From assembly GCA_019115455.1 (NCBI GenBank), contig DXDN01000006.1:75463-139462 (forward strand): a stretch of 64,000 nucleotides of DNA. Reading direction: 5' to 3'. A program made the translations under genes and the position numbers. The notes beneath the pieces are model-generated. The model was not told the DNA's origin and ran no database searches. It saw only the letters and a program-made list of their open reading frames with translations. Positions 7,552-17,791 of this stretch are shown here, one piece after another. Origin of the DNA: Candidatus Eubacterium faecigallinarum. Its GTDB lineage: Bacteria > Bacillota > Clostridia > Oscillospirales > Acutalibacteraceae. Position 1 is the stretch's first letter, and every line of letters starts with the position of its first letter.

Positions 7552-10014
7552 TTATTCTGCCGCAGCGGTTGTTTCATCGGAAGTTGCCGCATCAGTTGTC
7601 GCTGTGGTATCAGCGCTCTGGGAAGAATCATTGCCTGAATCATCCTTCTTCTTAGAATCGCTGTCCTTTGAATCTTCATCAGAATCAGCTTCTGAAGCGT
7701 GACCGCTGCAATATCCGGGCAGATGGTCGGCGTCATACCAGCCGTATACACCTGTGCCGGAACAAAGCTTTCCGCAAGAGGGACAGTAAGACCTCTGAAC
7801 TATTCCATCGAAATCCCGGAACTCAGTTTGATAATCAATGCCCTTATTTTCGAGGGTATCATAAACTTCACTCATTACTGTATTCCAAATTGTACCCGCC
7901 GGGTTTGGAGAAAGTGAGTAATAAACTTCCTTAGGAGTGTCATAACCGTACCACACAGCCGCAACAAAATCAGGTGTTCCGCCTATAAACCAGCGGTCCT
8001 TATCGTCAGTCGTTGTACCGGTTTTACCGAAACACTGTATGCCGGAAAGCTTATATGTTGTACCTGTACCCTCAGTCATAACTGTCTGAAGCATCTTGTT
8101 CATAATCCAAGCGGTACTTTCCGAAATAGCGGTCTGCTTGGTGTCCTCAGGCTCCTTGCTGATAATGACATTATCATTACTGTCAGTAATTTTATAATAG
8201 CAGTACGGCTCGTAATAGCTGCCGCCGTTGCCGAACGCCGCATATGCAGCCGTCATATCAAGCACCGTTGCACCGTTTGTCAAGGAACCAAGTGCAAGCG
8301 GACCGTAATCCACGTCACGAACGCTGTCAAGAGTTGACAGATGATAATTTTCGCTAAGGAAATTATATGAGTAATCAACGCCGATTTTGTCAAGTGTTCT
8401 GGCGGAAATTGTATTCAGTGATCTTGAAAGACCGTACTGAAGCGTCAAATTGCTTGAGGAATATCCGCCGCCCTCATTATGGGGCCATGGCTCACCGTCT
8501 ACAATCTTAAGCGGTGAGTCCTTTTGCAGTGTTGACCAATAGATCTGAACGCTGTCGTCCTCCAGTGTCTTTTCAAGAGCCGGAGAATAAACCGAAAGCG
8601 GTTTTATTGTTGAACCGGGTGGTCGGGTGGACATAGACGCACGGTTAAGCAGAAGCGAGCCGGTATTCTTTCCGGTACCGCCGACGATACCCATGACTCT
8701 GCCCTCATAGTTCATAACTACCATTGCACCCTGTACCGTTTCATCTGGCATTCTCTTATAATTCTCGTACACGTCTTCCATTGCGTCCTGAACGTCAAAA
8801 TCAATAGCGGTGTATATTTTAAGACCGCCGCCGTATACAAGGTCAAGGGCACGCTTGCTGGTGTAGCCCATTTTCTGTAAATCTTCCTGAACCTGAGTTA
8901 TTACAAAGTCCACATAGTAATTGGTTATTTCGTCATTGTCCTGTTTTGAATTATCCTCAGTAACCTGAGAACCGGTATAATTCTTACTATTGGTAAATAC
9001 CATTTCATAATTAACGGCAGCTTCATATTCCTCGTCAGTTAAGAATTCGCTGTCTTCGCTGTGCATTGCTTCAAGAATATTGAGCTGTCTTTCCCTGTTG
9101 TTTTCGGGATTAATAAGCGGGTCATAGTTTGTCGGCGCTTTTGTAATTGCAGCAAGAGATGCACATTCAGCGGCGTTCAAATCAGCTACATCTTTGCCGA
9201 AATACACCTCAGCGGCGGTTTTGACACCGTAACAGCCGTTTGACAGGTTAATTGTATTTAGATAGGCTTCAATAATCTGCTCTTTGCTGTAGTGACGTTC
9301 AAGATTAAGCGCCCTTAAAATTTCATTAAATTTTCTGACATAAGTAACCTTGTTGTCATCAGTCAGATTTTTTATAAGCTGCTGCGTTATCGTTGAGCCG
9401 CCCTGGTTGTTCTGCTTAACAAAAACACCGATGGTTCTTATCCAGTCAACGCCGTGATGCTTGTAAAATCTTTTGTCCTCGATTGCAATAAAGGCTTCCG
9501 GAAGATATTCGCTCATATCGTCAAGATTCACCCAGATACGGTTTTCCTCACCGTGAAGACGTGTTATCTCAACTTCTTTACCGTCGTCAGTACCGTAAAT
9601 AAAAGAGGTCTGATTCTGAGAAGAGGCTTCCTCTTCCAAATCAAATACAGGGTCGCCGTAAACAACGCTGTAGCCGTATATTGCCATTACGGAAAAGCAT
9701 ACAATGCCTACAACACCGACAATCATTACCATTCCCAGCAGAACTCTGCCGATAACGGAAAGCCTTTTTTGGGCAGGAGTTTGGTTCTTGGATTTTCTTT
9801 TCTTTCGCTTGGATGCATTTTTTGCAGCCAGCTTATCTTCAATTTTTCTGCCGCGCTCGACTTTCTTGGAATTTTTGCCGGACGCAGAAACGCTGTATGA
9901 TGAAGGAAGATTGTTGCTCTTTTCTTCATGGGCAATCTTATCCTCATCATAGGCTTTTGCAGAATTATTCATAAATGACTGCAACAGATCATCATAATCT
10001 TTGTTAGAAGCCAT
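7552..10014 (-). CDS. Class A penicillin-binding protein (bifunctional glycosyltransferase GT51 / transpeptidase)
   Basis: GT51 motifs EDKRFYKHHGVDW and GGSTITQQL, a transpeptidase STIKP motif and KTGTT. I moved the start to the ATG at 10014, preceded by GGAGG with 7-nt spacing. The ORF-track TTG at 10053 adds 13 residues and has no SD. Confidence 0.9.
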   Translation of the reverse strand: MASNKDYDDLLQSFMNNSAKAYDEDKIAHEEKSNNLPSSYSVSASGKNSKKVERGRKIEDKLAAKNASKRKKRKSKNQTPAQKRLSVIGRVLLGMVMIVGVVGIVCFSVMAIYGYSVVYGDPVFDLEEEASSQNQTSFIYGTDDGKEVEITRLHGEENRIWVNLDDMSEYLPEAFIAIEDKRFYKHHGVDWIRTIGVFVKQNNQGGSTITQQLIKNLTDDNKVTYVRKFNEILRALNLERHYSKEQIIEAYLNTINLSNGCYGVKTAAEVYFGKDVADLNAAECASLAAITKAPTNYDPLINPENNRERQLNILEAMHSEDSEFLTDEEYEAAVNYEMVFTNSKNYTGSQVTEDNSKQDNDEITNYYVDFVITQVQEDLQKMGYTSKRALDLVYGGGLKIYTAIDFDVQDAMEDVYENYKRMPDETVQGAMVVMNYEGRVMGIVGGTGKNTGSLLLNRASMSTRPPGSTIKPLSVYSPALEKTLEDDSVQIYWSTLQKDSPLKIVDGEPWPHNEGGGYSSSNLTLQYGLSRSLNTISARTLDKIGVDYSYNFLSENYHLSTLDSVRDVDYGPLALGSLTNGATVLDMTAAYAAFGNGGSYYEPYCYYKITDSNDNVIISKEPEDTKQTAISESTAWIMNKMLQTVMTEGTGTTYKLSGIQCFGKTGTTTDDKDRWFIGGTPDFVAAVWYGYDTPKEVYYSLSPNPAGTIWNTVMSEVYDTLENKGIDYQTEFRDFDGIVQRSYCPSCGKLCSGTGVYGWYDADHLPGYCSGHASEADSDEDSKDSDSKKKDDSGNDSSQSADTTATTDAATSDETTAAAE

Positions 10015-10125
10015 ACTCGTACCTCCGTAATAATTTAAGTTATTATAATACAAAACTTAAAATAAATAAAGGGGGAAATTGTAAACATTTGTAATCAAAT
10101 ACTAAATGCACTATATTTTTTTAGC

Positions 10126-10986
10126 TTAAATATGTTTTGCGCGCTTTTTATTCATTTCAACAAGTCTCTTTGAAACGGATATATTGTCGTAATTCTTTTT
10201 TGCCCTGACAAAAATCCAGTATTTTTTGCGGCACTCGGTGCACTGACCTGCTGAGCGGAATGCTTTATTCACATAATCATATTTTTTAAGGACTTTGATA
10301 TTACCGCCGCATTTAGGGCATTCCAGCTTAACGTCATATATATTGAAGATTTTGTCGTCGGGAGAAAGATGATACGGCTTGTACACAAGACGTTCAAAGA
10401 AAGCCTTATCGCAGTTGTGAACAAAGCCGACAAATTTTTCTTTGTTGAACACTTTTTTAAAGCAGTAGGCTTCGGCGTAGCAGTCCTCAAGTGCACGGTG
10501 AAGAGCCTTGTCTGACAAATCAATTTCAAATAGCTCAGCGCATTTGCTTAGGCTTATCTGATTACCAGAACCGTTGTCAACAAACTGCATGCAATATTTC
10601 TGCACATCGGCGTATTTGGTGATAAAATCCACGTATGTTACGCCCCTGAACTTTACAAAATTATCCACAAGCGTATATAAATCACTGGTGGACCAGCTCA
10701 AAAAAACAGTATCTTCTCCCCTGCTCCATCTTGAAAAATCAGAAAACGCATCATCAAAATCAACGCCGTTTTCCTTTATCTCATCCATAGATATATTTGT
10801 GAGATTCTTAAATCTGCTGCCGAGTTTCTTTGTAATCCGTGGTTTAATAAGCTGCTTAAAGGTATCAACGATCTCAAGCTTAGAGTTCAGTTTAACCGCT
10901 CCGATTTCTATGATCTCGTTCATACCTTTTTTAGTTTTATAGTTATATGCGTTATTCCATTCCAGGTCAAAAATAATATAATCCAT
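10126..10986 (-). CDS. DEDDh-type 3'-5' exonuclease with a C-terminal four-Cys zinc ribbon
   Basis: Exo motifs IIFDLEWN..IIEIGAV and HRALEDC, then CPKCG...CTECR at the C-terminus. The start is ambiguous (ATG 10986 or TTG 11001) with no obvious SD. Confidence 0.65.
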   Translation of the reverse strand: MDYIIFDLEWNNAYNYKTKKGMNEIIEIGAVKLNSKLEIVDTFKQLIKPRITKKLGSRFKNLTNISMDEIKENGVDFDDAFSDFSRWSRGEDTVFLSWSTSDLYTLVDNFVKFRGVTYVDFITKYADVQKYCMQFVDNGSGNQISLSKCAELFEIDLSDKALHRALEDCYAEAYCFKKVFNKEKFVGFVHNCDKAFFERLVYKPYHLSPDDKIFNIYDVKLECPKCGGNIKVLKKYDYVNKAFRSAGQCTECRKKYWIFVRAKKNYDNISVSKRLVEMNKKRAKHI

Positions 10987-11000
10987 AATATCTAAATCCA

Positions 11001-11029
11001 AAAAAATAACCTTGCATTACGCAAGGTTA
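11001..11029 (-). terminator. Rho-independent terminator after secG
   Basis: Hairpin aaccttgc/gcaaggtt (11009-11029) followed on the minus strand by a T7-8 run. Confidence 0.75.
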
Positions 11030-11047
11030 ATTCTCAAATATCCTAAA

Positions 11048-11296
11048 TCAAATAAACAGAAAAACAAGGAATGCTACAAGTACAATAATGAAAAATACTA
11101 CGATCAGCCATTTTGTAATTTTTTCAAGCTTAGCCTCGATAGTTCTGCCCTTTGACTTGCCAAGGAAAGTCTCGGCACCGCCGGCAATAGCACCGGAAAG
11201 ATTCTGTGAGCGGCCTTCCTGCATAAGTACAACTACAGTTATAATAATGGATGCCACAATCAAAATAGCACCGAATACGTAATGATACCAGGACAT
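11048..11296 (-). CDS. secG: Preprotein translocase subunit SecG
   Basis: 82 aa with two TM helices flanking the QEGRS..LSGAIAGG..F loop typical of SecG. Confidence 0.85.
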   Translation of the reverse strand: MSWYHYVFGAILIVASIIITVVVLMQEGRSQNLSGAIAGGAETFLGKSKGRTIEAKLEKITKWLIVVFFIIVLVAFLVFLFI

Positions 11297-11371
11297 TATA
11301 ATTCCTCCGATTTCGATAAATTACTTAGTGCATTATATCACAAGCTTAATGATAATGCAAGCATTTTTTTA

Positions 11372-13615
11372 TTAAATAAGGGACATTTGTTCCGCAACGT
11401 CGTTTTCACCCGGTACTGCGCCTGCCGCCGGCAGGTTTTTGGCTCTGAATCGCCACTCTTTTTCGAACTCACCCGGCTTATATAAATGAAGCGACATTAC
11501 TTTATGTGTTTTCTTAAGCTTCATAGCAGATATACCTTGGGTATCCTTTGTCGTTTTAGGCAGTATTCCCGCCGTATTAATCAGCAGCATTCTGCCTGAG
11601 GAAGAGCAAAGAACGATATCTGTATCCTCCTGAATATAGATAGCCTGAGCAAGTTCTGCTTTGCCTGAATAAGCGTTGATTAGCTTTTTGCGATTGGTTT
11701 TAGTGGCATAAGCGCTTATATCCACTTTAGCAAGCTTTCCGTTTTCGTAAGCGAAAATCATATAGCCCTTGTACTCGCTGAGCACAGCCATATATATAAC
11801 CTGCTCGCCTTCTGCCATTTCCAGTTTACCCGGCACATATTCGCCCAAAACAGACGCCTTTGTGTCGGCAAAATCATCAACATGAGTCTTGTAAACCTGC
11901 CTGTTATTAGTAAAGAACAGCAACTCGTCCTTATTTGAACATTCAATCTCAGGAAGCATCTTGTCGCCTTCCTTAAGCTTCTGTTCACCGCTCAGACGGA
12001 GATTTGCGGTCTTTATTTTCTTAAGATAACCTTGCTCTGAAAGGAAGAGCGTAACAGGATAATCAGGAATCTCAACGACTTCTTCAACGCTTTCGTCGCC
12101 GATATCGTAAATAACTTCGCTCTTTCTGCCGGTGTCATACTTTTTGGCAACGCTTTCAAGCTCACTTATGATGATTTTTTTCATCTTATTTTTGCTTGCA
12201 AGCGTGCTTTCAAGCTCGCTTATATCAGTTTCAAGCTGCTCGATATCCTTAATACGCTTTAAGATATATTCTCTGTTGAGATGACGAAGTTTAATCTCCG
12301 CCACATACTCAGCCTGAACCTCGTCGATTCCGAAGCCAATCATGAGGTTTGGTACTACCTCATCCTCGCTCTCGGTTTCTCTGACGATTTTTACGGCTTT
12401 GTCAATATCAAGCAGTATTTTTGATAAGCCCTTAAGGAGATGAAGCTGCTTTCTCTTTTTCTCAAGATTGAAATTCAGCCTGCGTCTGATACATTCAAGC
12501 CTGAAATCAATCCACTCGCTGAGAATACCCTTTACTCCCAAAACAACCGGTTTGCCTTTGATAAGAACATTGAAGTTACAGCTAAAGGTATCCTGAAGCG
12601 GCGTTATTTTATACAGCTTAGTCATAAACGTATCAGGATTAACGCCGCGCTTGAGGTCAATTGTAATCTTAAGACCTGAAAGGTCAGTTTCATCACGGAT
12701 ATCGCTTATTTCTTTGATTTTATTTGTTTTTACAAGCTCGATAATTTTGTCGATAACAGCTTCCGACGTGGTTGTGGGAGGAATCTGTGTGATATCAATG
12801 CAGTTATACTGCTTATCGTAGGTGTACCTTGCACGAACCTTAACGGAACCTCTGCCCGTGTTATAAATTTTATCGAGTTCTTCATTGTCATAAATAACAA
12901 ATCCGCCGCCGACAAAATCGGGAGCCACCAAAGTATCTGATACATCATGATCAGGATTTTTCATTAGTGCAACTGTTGTGTCGCAGATTTCCTTAAGATT
13001 GAATGACGCAATGGATGAAGCCATACTTACGGCAATACCTGTTGTAACATTACACAGAATTGACGGAAATGTTACGGGAAGCAGAGTAGGCTCTTTCATT
13101 GTGTTGTCATAGTTATCCACAAAATCAACGGTATCCGATTTAATATCGTCAAAAAGCTCGTGGCATATCGGCGCCAGTTTTGCCTCGGTATAACGTGATG
13201 CGGCATACATCATGTTCTTGCTGTAAGCCTTACCGAAATTACCCTTTGATTCAACATACGGATAAAGCAGGCTCTCATTGCCGCGGGACAGACGCACCAT
13301 TGTTTCATAAATAGCTGCGTCGCCGTGAGGGTTGAGCTGCATAGTCCTGCCGACGATATTAGCACTTTTAATTGTACCGCCCTGAAGCAGTCCCATTGTG
13401 TACATGGTATAAAGCAGTTTTCTGTGGGAGGGCTTAAAGCCGTCGATTTCAGGAAGAGCACGGGAAAGAATTACGCTCATTGCATACGGCATATAGTTAT
13501 TTTTAAGCGTATCTGTAATAACTTCGTCCTGAACAAGTCCCGCACCTTTTATGTGCACATTTTCTGCGAGGGGATTAGCGTTATTTACTTTATCTTCTCT
13601 TTTTCTTTTTGCCAA
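11372..13615 (-). CDS. parC: Type IIA DNA topoisomerase subunit A (topoisomerase IV ParC-like)
   Basis: 747 aa with MSVILSRALPEIDGFKPSHRKLLY and the active-site context AASRYTEAKL. It is short, and I saw no GyrA-box (QRRGGKG) in the C-terminal domain, so ParC-like is inferred rather than GyrA. Confidence 0.75.
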   Translation of the reverse strand: MAKRKREDKVNNANPLAENVHIKGAGLVQDEVITDTLKNNYMPYAMSVILSRALPEIDGFKPSHRKLLYTMYTMGLLQGGTIKSANIVGRTMQLNPHGDAAIYETMVRLSRGNESLLYPYVESKGNFGKAYSKNMMYAASRYTEAKLAPICHELFDDIKSDTVDFVDNYDNTMKEPTLLPVTFPSILCNVTTGIAVSMASSIASFNLKEICDTTVALMKNPDHDVSDTLVAPDFVGGGFVIYDNEELDKIYNTGRGSVKVRARYTYDKQYNCIDITQIPPTTTSEAVIDKIIELVKTNKIKEISDIRDETDLSGLKITIDLKRGVNPDTFMTKLYKITPLQDTFSCNFNVLIKGKPVVLGVKGILSEWIDFRLECIRRRLNFNLEKKRKQLHLLKGLSKILLDIDKAVKIVRETESEDEVVPNLMIGFGIDEVQAEYVAEIKLRHLNREYILKRIKDIEQLETDISELESTLASKNKMKKIIISELESVAKKYDTGRKSEVIYDIGDESVEEVVEIPDYPVTLFLSEQGYLKKIKTANLRLSGEQKLKEGDKMLPEIECSNKDELLFFTNNRQVYKTHVDDFADTKASVLGEYVPGKLEMAEGEQVIYMAVLSEYKGYMIFAYENGKLAKVDISAYATKTNRKKLINAYSGKAELAQAIYIQEDTDIVLCSSSGRMLLINTAGILPKTTKDTQGISAMKLKKTHKVMSLHLYKPGEFEKEWRFRAKNLPAAGAVPGENDVAEQMSLI

Positions 13616-13628
13616 AATAATCCCCTCC

Positions 13629-15608
13629 TTAGCTTACGTCAACGGCATCAAGATACAGATAGCCGTATTCGGAAATATATTCCTTACGTCCCTCAAGATT
13701 ATCGCCCAGCAGCAGGTCAAACATCTGTGAGGTTTTCTCAGCGTCGTCAGGCGTAACCTTTATAAGTCGCCTTGTGGCTGGGTTCATAGTGGTGAGCGCC
13801 ATCATCTCAGCCTCGTTTTCACCAAGTCCCTTTGAACGCTGAACGGTATATTTTTGATTTCCGATTTCTTTTTTTATTTCGTCCATTTCAAGCTCGTTGT
13901 AGGCAAAATAAGTCTGGTCCTTGCATGTAACCTCATAAAGCGGAGACTCTGCTATATAGACCTTACCGGCTTCAATCAGCTTTGGCATGAGCCTGTAAAT
14001 CATTGTGAGAATCAGCGTTCTGATCTGAAATCCGTCATAATCGGCATCGGTACATATAAGAACCTTGGACCATCTGAGGTTGTCCATATCAAACATAGAA
14101 AGATCCTTTGAAGCCTTGCTTTTGACTTCCACGCCGCAGCCGAGAACTTTTATTAAATCAGTAATAATTTCGTTTTTAAATATTTTGTCGTAGTCTGATT
14201 TAAGGCAGTTGAGAATTTTACCTCTTACAGGGATAACAGCCTGAAAAGAAGCGTCCCTTGCCTGCTTACAAGCACCCAGCGCAGAATCACCCTCAACGAT
14301 GAAAACTTCACGCTCGTTGACATCCTTAGAACGGCAGTCAACGAATTTTTGGATACGGTTTGTCATATCCATCTTTGACTGAAGTGAAGTTTTAAGGGTC
14401 TTTCTGGTGTTTTCCGCCTTAACTCTGGCACGCATATTAATGAGGACCTGATTTGAAATTTTATCAGCGTCCATCTTGTTTTCAATAAAATAAACCTCAA
14501 GCTGCTTGCGGAAGAAATCCGTCATAGCCTCCTGAATAAATTTATTTGTGATTGCCTTTTTTGTCTGGTTTTCGTAAGATGTCTGGGTTGAAAATGATGA
14601 CACAACAAAAATTATACAGTCCTCAACGTCCTGTATATTAATCTGTCCGTCAGATTTAGCATACTTGTTATTAGCCTTGAGGTATGCGTTTATCTGGTTA
14701 ACGAATGCGCTTTTAAACGCTTTTTCAGGGGCTCCTCCGTGCTCAAGGTAGCTGGAATTATGGAAATATTCCTTAAGCTGTGTCTTAAGCGAAAAGCAAA
14801 GCGCCGCCTTGATTTTAAGCTTGTATTCCGGCAGGTCCTCCCTGTCCTTACCCCTGCGCTCACACTCCCAGTACTGCGGTGTAGTAAACGCAGTGTCACC
14901 TGCAAGTTCTTTTACATAATCAACGATGCCGTTATTATAGCAATACTCATATGTTTCAAACTTAGCCGCACTTACCTGGTCTTTTAATATAAATTTGATT
15001 CCGTCATTAACTATTGCCTGTTTTTTAATAGTATCCTGAAAATATTCCAGCGGAACATTTATATCCGTAAACACGTCAAGATCAGGCTTCCATTTAATAC
15101 GTGTGCCGGTATCTTTCTTGTCGTATTTTTCCTTATTTAATCCGCCGATATTCTCGCCTTTTTCAAAATGGAGAGTATATTTATAGCCGTCCGTATGAAC
15201 CTCAGCGTCCATGTATTCCGAAGCATACTGAGTGGCGCACAGTCCGAGTCCGTTAAGACCGAGAGAAAATTCATAGTTCTCGCCGTCAGTGTCATATTTA
15301 CCGCCGGCATACATTTCGCAAAACAGCAGCTCCCAGTTATATTTCTGCTCATTTTTATTATAGTCAACAGGAATTCCGCGTCCGAAATCCTGAACCTCAA
15401 TAGAGCCGTCGAGATAGCGAGTAACTACGATTTTATTGCCGTAGCCCTCTCTTGCCTCGTCGATTGAATTGGACATTATTTCAAATATAGCATGCTGGCA
15501 GCCGTCAAGACCGTCAGAACCGAAAATAACCGCAGGTCTTTTTCTAACTCTGTCGGCGCCTTTTAAAGATTTAATACTGTCATTGCCGTATTCTTTCTTC
15601 TTTGCCAA
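13629..15608 (-). CDS. parE: Type IIA DNA topoisomerase subunit B (ParE-like)
   Basis: GHKL ATPase and Toprim motifs (GLHH-equivalent region, EGDSA, PLRGKILN-like VRGKILN, DADYDG). I moved the start to the TTG at 15608, 7 nt after GGAGG, because the ORF-track ATG at 15674 lies inside the predicted promoter. Confidence 0.8.
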   Translation of the reverse strand: MAKKKEYGNDSIKSLKGADRVRKRPAVIFGSDGLDGCQHAIFEIMSNSIDEAREGYGNKIVVTRYLDGSIEVQDFGRGIPVDYNKNEQKYNWELLFCEMYAGGKYDTDGENYEFSLGLNGLGLCATQYASEYMDAEVHTDGYKYTLHFEKGENIGGLNKEKYDKKDTGTRIKWKPDLDVFTDINVPLEYFQDTIKKQAIVNDGIKFILKDQVSAAKFETYEYCYNNGIVDYVKELAGDTAFTTPQYWECERRGKDREDLPEYKLKIKAALCFSLKTQLKEYFHNSSYLEHGGAPEKAFKSAFVNQINAYLKANNKYAKSDGQINIQDVEDCIIFVVSSFSTQTSYENQTKKAITNKFIQEAMTDFFRKQLEVYFIENKMDADKISNQVLINMRARVKAENTRKTLKTSLQSKMDMTNRIQKFVDCRSKDVNEREVFIVEGDSALGACKQARDASFQAVIPVRGKILNCLKSDYDKIFKNEIITDLIKVLGCGVEVKSKASKDLSMFDMDNLRWSKVLICTDADYDGFQIRTLILTMIYRLMPKLIEAGKVYIAESPLYEVTCKDQTYFAYNELEMDEIKKEIGNQKYTVQRSKGLGENEAEMMALTTMNPATRRLIKVTPDDAEKTSQMFDLLLGDNLEGRKEYISEYGYLYLDAVDVS

Positions 15609-15645
15609 AATTTTTCCTCCCATACAGAAGCTCACATTCTGTGAT

Positions 15646-15674
15646 ATCATACAATATCTTGTGCAAAAAGTCAA
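15646..15674 (-). promoter_or_regulatory. Sigma-A type promoter for the parE-parC operon
   Basis: Minus strand reads TTGACT - 17 nt - TATGAT. Confidence 0.6.
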
Positions 15675-15680
15675 GATTTA

Positions 15681-15712
15681 CAAAAAGAGACGGCAGCATT
15701 TGTGCTGCCGTC
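15681..15712 (-). terminator. Rho-independent terminator after ftsH
   Basis: Hairpin gacggcagca/tgctgccgtc followed on the minus strand by tcttttt. Confidence 0.7.
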
Positions 15713-15724
15713 ATCAAATATTGA

Positions 15725-17788
15725 CTAATCGTTATTATTTTCGCCGTCATCTGACTTAATCTGAGTACCGTCCTCTGCATTGATATCTGAAACTCCGCCC
15801 TCAGTGTCAGCCTTAACTGCTGTGTCTGCGTTGTCGCTACTGTTTTCAGCATTGTCAGCTACAGTATTCTCAGCCTCAACAGGCTTTGTTTCATCATTAG
15901 ATGAGTTGTTATCATCTGATGAGCTGATATAGCCTTTTTTCATAAGACTGATGAAATCATCCTTATAGATTTTTTCTCTTTCCATAAGAGTGATTGCAAC
16001 AAGCTTGAGCTTATCAATATGCTCTGACAAAATTGACTCAGTTCTCTTATAAGCGTCATTGATAAGGCGTGAAACTTCCTCGTCGATTTTTGCGGCTGTT
16101 TCCTCTGAGTAATTCTTAACATGACCGTAATCCCTGCCGATGAATACCTCCTGATGATCTCCGCCGTAATTGATAGGACCGATGAGCTCACTCATACCGT
16201 ATTTAGTTACCATTTCCCTTGCGATATTTGAAGCACGCTCAATATCGTTTGATGCACCTGTGGAAATATCGTTCATTGTGAGAGCCTCGGCAACCCTGCC
16301 GCCGAGAAGTGAAACAAGTGAATCGAGCATATCGTTTCTTGATTCGTAGTTCTCTTCCTGCGGCTGATACATTGTGTAACCGCCTGCGCCCATTCCTCTT
16401 GGAATAATAGATATTTCTTCAACAGGATCATGATTGTCAAGGAAATATGAAACAACAGCATGACCCGCCTCATGAAATGCAGTAAGGCGAAGAGCCTTTT
16501 CGCTGTACTTGTGTGATTTCTTTTCAGTACCCATAAGGACTTTAACCATTGCTTCCTGAATCTCGGTCATGGTTATTGCTTTATATTTTCTGCGAGCCGC
16601 AAGAAGTGCAGCTTCATTAAGCAGATTTTCAAGGTCAGCACCCACGAAACCGATAGTATTCTTAGCAATGCTCTTAAGGTCAACGTCGGGAGCAAGGGGC
16701 TTATTCTTAGAATGAACCTTAAGAATGTCTTCCCTGCCCTGGGTGTCAGGTCTGCCGACGGTTACCTGACGGTCAAATCTTCCGGGTCTCAGAAGAGCCG
16801 GGTCAAGAACGTCCGGTCTGTTGGTAGCCGCTATGATTATAACGCCCTCGTTTGCACCGAAACCGTCCATTTCAACAAGAAGCTGGTTGAGCGTTTGTTC
16901 ACGTTCGTCGTGACCGCCGCCCATTCCTGTGCCTCTCTGACGGCCTACAGCGTCAATTTCATCAATAAATACAATTGCAGGTGATTTCTTCTTTGCCTGG
17001 TCAAAGAGGTCTCTTACACGTGATGCGCCGACGCCAACGTACATTTCAACAAAATCAGAACCTGAAATTGACAGGAACGGTGCGCCTGCCTCGCCTGCAA
17101 CAGCTCTTGCAAGCAGGGTTTTACCTGTACCGGGAGGTCCCACAAGAAGTACGCCCTTGGGAATCCTTGCACCCAGCTTTGTAAATCTGTCAGGCTCCTT
17201 CAAGAACTCAACAAGCTCTTCCAGTTCAGCTTTTTCTTCGTCACATCCGGCAACATCCTTAAATGTTGTGGTACGCTTTTCATCGTCAACAAGACTTTTT
17301 GCCCTGATTTTGCCAAAGCCGAGAGTTCTGTTTGTTTCGTTATTCATAGCGCTGCTCATTTTTCTGAAAGCAAAAATAGACAGACCTATGAGAAGTACAA
17401 ACATGATAAGCGTTGGTAGCATGCTCACTATCCAGGTATTTGACGTACCTTTTTTGTAGTCGTATACAATTTTGTTGTTCTTGTTCTTTTCATCGGCGTT
17501 AAACTTTTCAACGTCGTCCGTTATATCGTCAAGGAAAAGAGAAACGTTGGGAACAGTGTACTCCTGCTCCACTTTTGGTTCCTTAAAGGTCTTATACACA
17601 AGGCTGCCGCTTGAGAGATCCAGAGTGAAGTCCGCAATTTCACCATTCTCAAACATCGACACTATTTGTGAATATTTAACCTCTGTTTTTGTCTGATTGT
17701 TTGCGAAATAAAGTATTGATCCGATAAGCATTGCGAAAATCACAAGATAGATCAACACTGATTTCCAGTTTTTTGTAAGATTGTTCAT
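15725..17788 (-). CDS. ftsH: ATP-dependent zinc metalloprotease FtsH
   Basis: Two N-terminal TM segments, the AAA+ Walker [20 protein letters not shown], the SRH region, and zinc motif HEAGHA. A long acidic low-complexity tail follows at the C-terminus. Confidence 0.95.
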   Translation of the reverse strand: MNNLTKNWKSVLIYLVIFAMLIGSILYFANNQTKTEVKYSQIVSMFENGEIADFTLDLSSGSLVYKTFKEPKVEQEYTVPNVSLFLDDITDDVEKFNADEKNKNNKIVYDYKKGTSNTWIVSMLPTLIMFVLLIGLSIFAFRKMSSAMNNETNRTLGFGKIRAKSLVDDEKRTTTFKDVAGCDEEKAELEELVEFLKEPDRFTKLGARIPKGVLLVGPPGTGKTLLARAVAGEAGAPFLSISGSDFVEMYVGVGASRVRDLFDQAKKKSPAIVFIDEIDAVGRQRGTGMGGGHDEREQTLNQLLVEMDGFGANEGVIIIAATNRPDVLDPALLRPGRFDRQVTVGRPDTQGREDILKVHSKNKPLAPDVDLKSIAKNTIGFVGADLENLLNEAALLAARRKYKAITMTEIQEAMVKVLMGTEKKSHKYSEKALRLTAFHEAGHAVVSYFLDNHDPVEEISIIPRGMGAGGYTMYQPQEENYESRNDMLDSLVSLLGGRVAEALTMNDISTGASNDIERASNIAREMVTKYGMSELIGPINYGGDHQEVFIGRDYGHVKNYSEETAAKIDEEVSRLINDAYKRTESILSEHIDKLKLVAITLMEREKIYKDDFISLMKKGYISSSDDNNSSNDETKPVEAENTVADNAENSSDNADTAVKADTEGGVSDINAEDGTQIKSDDGENNND

Positions 17789-17791
17789 TAA

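Noticed and set aside
15609-15674. The ORF-track N-terminal extension of the topoisomerase B subunit (MTFCTRYCMISQNVSFCMGGKI)
   Set aside because: The extension overlaps the TTGACT - 17 nt - TATGAT promoter. A GGAGG - 7 nt - TTG start lies downstream, directly before the conserved AKKKEYG N-terminus.
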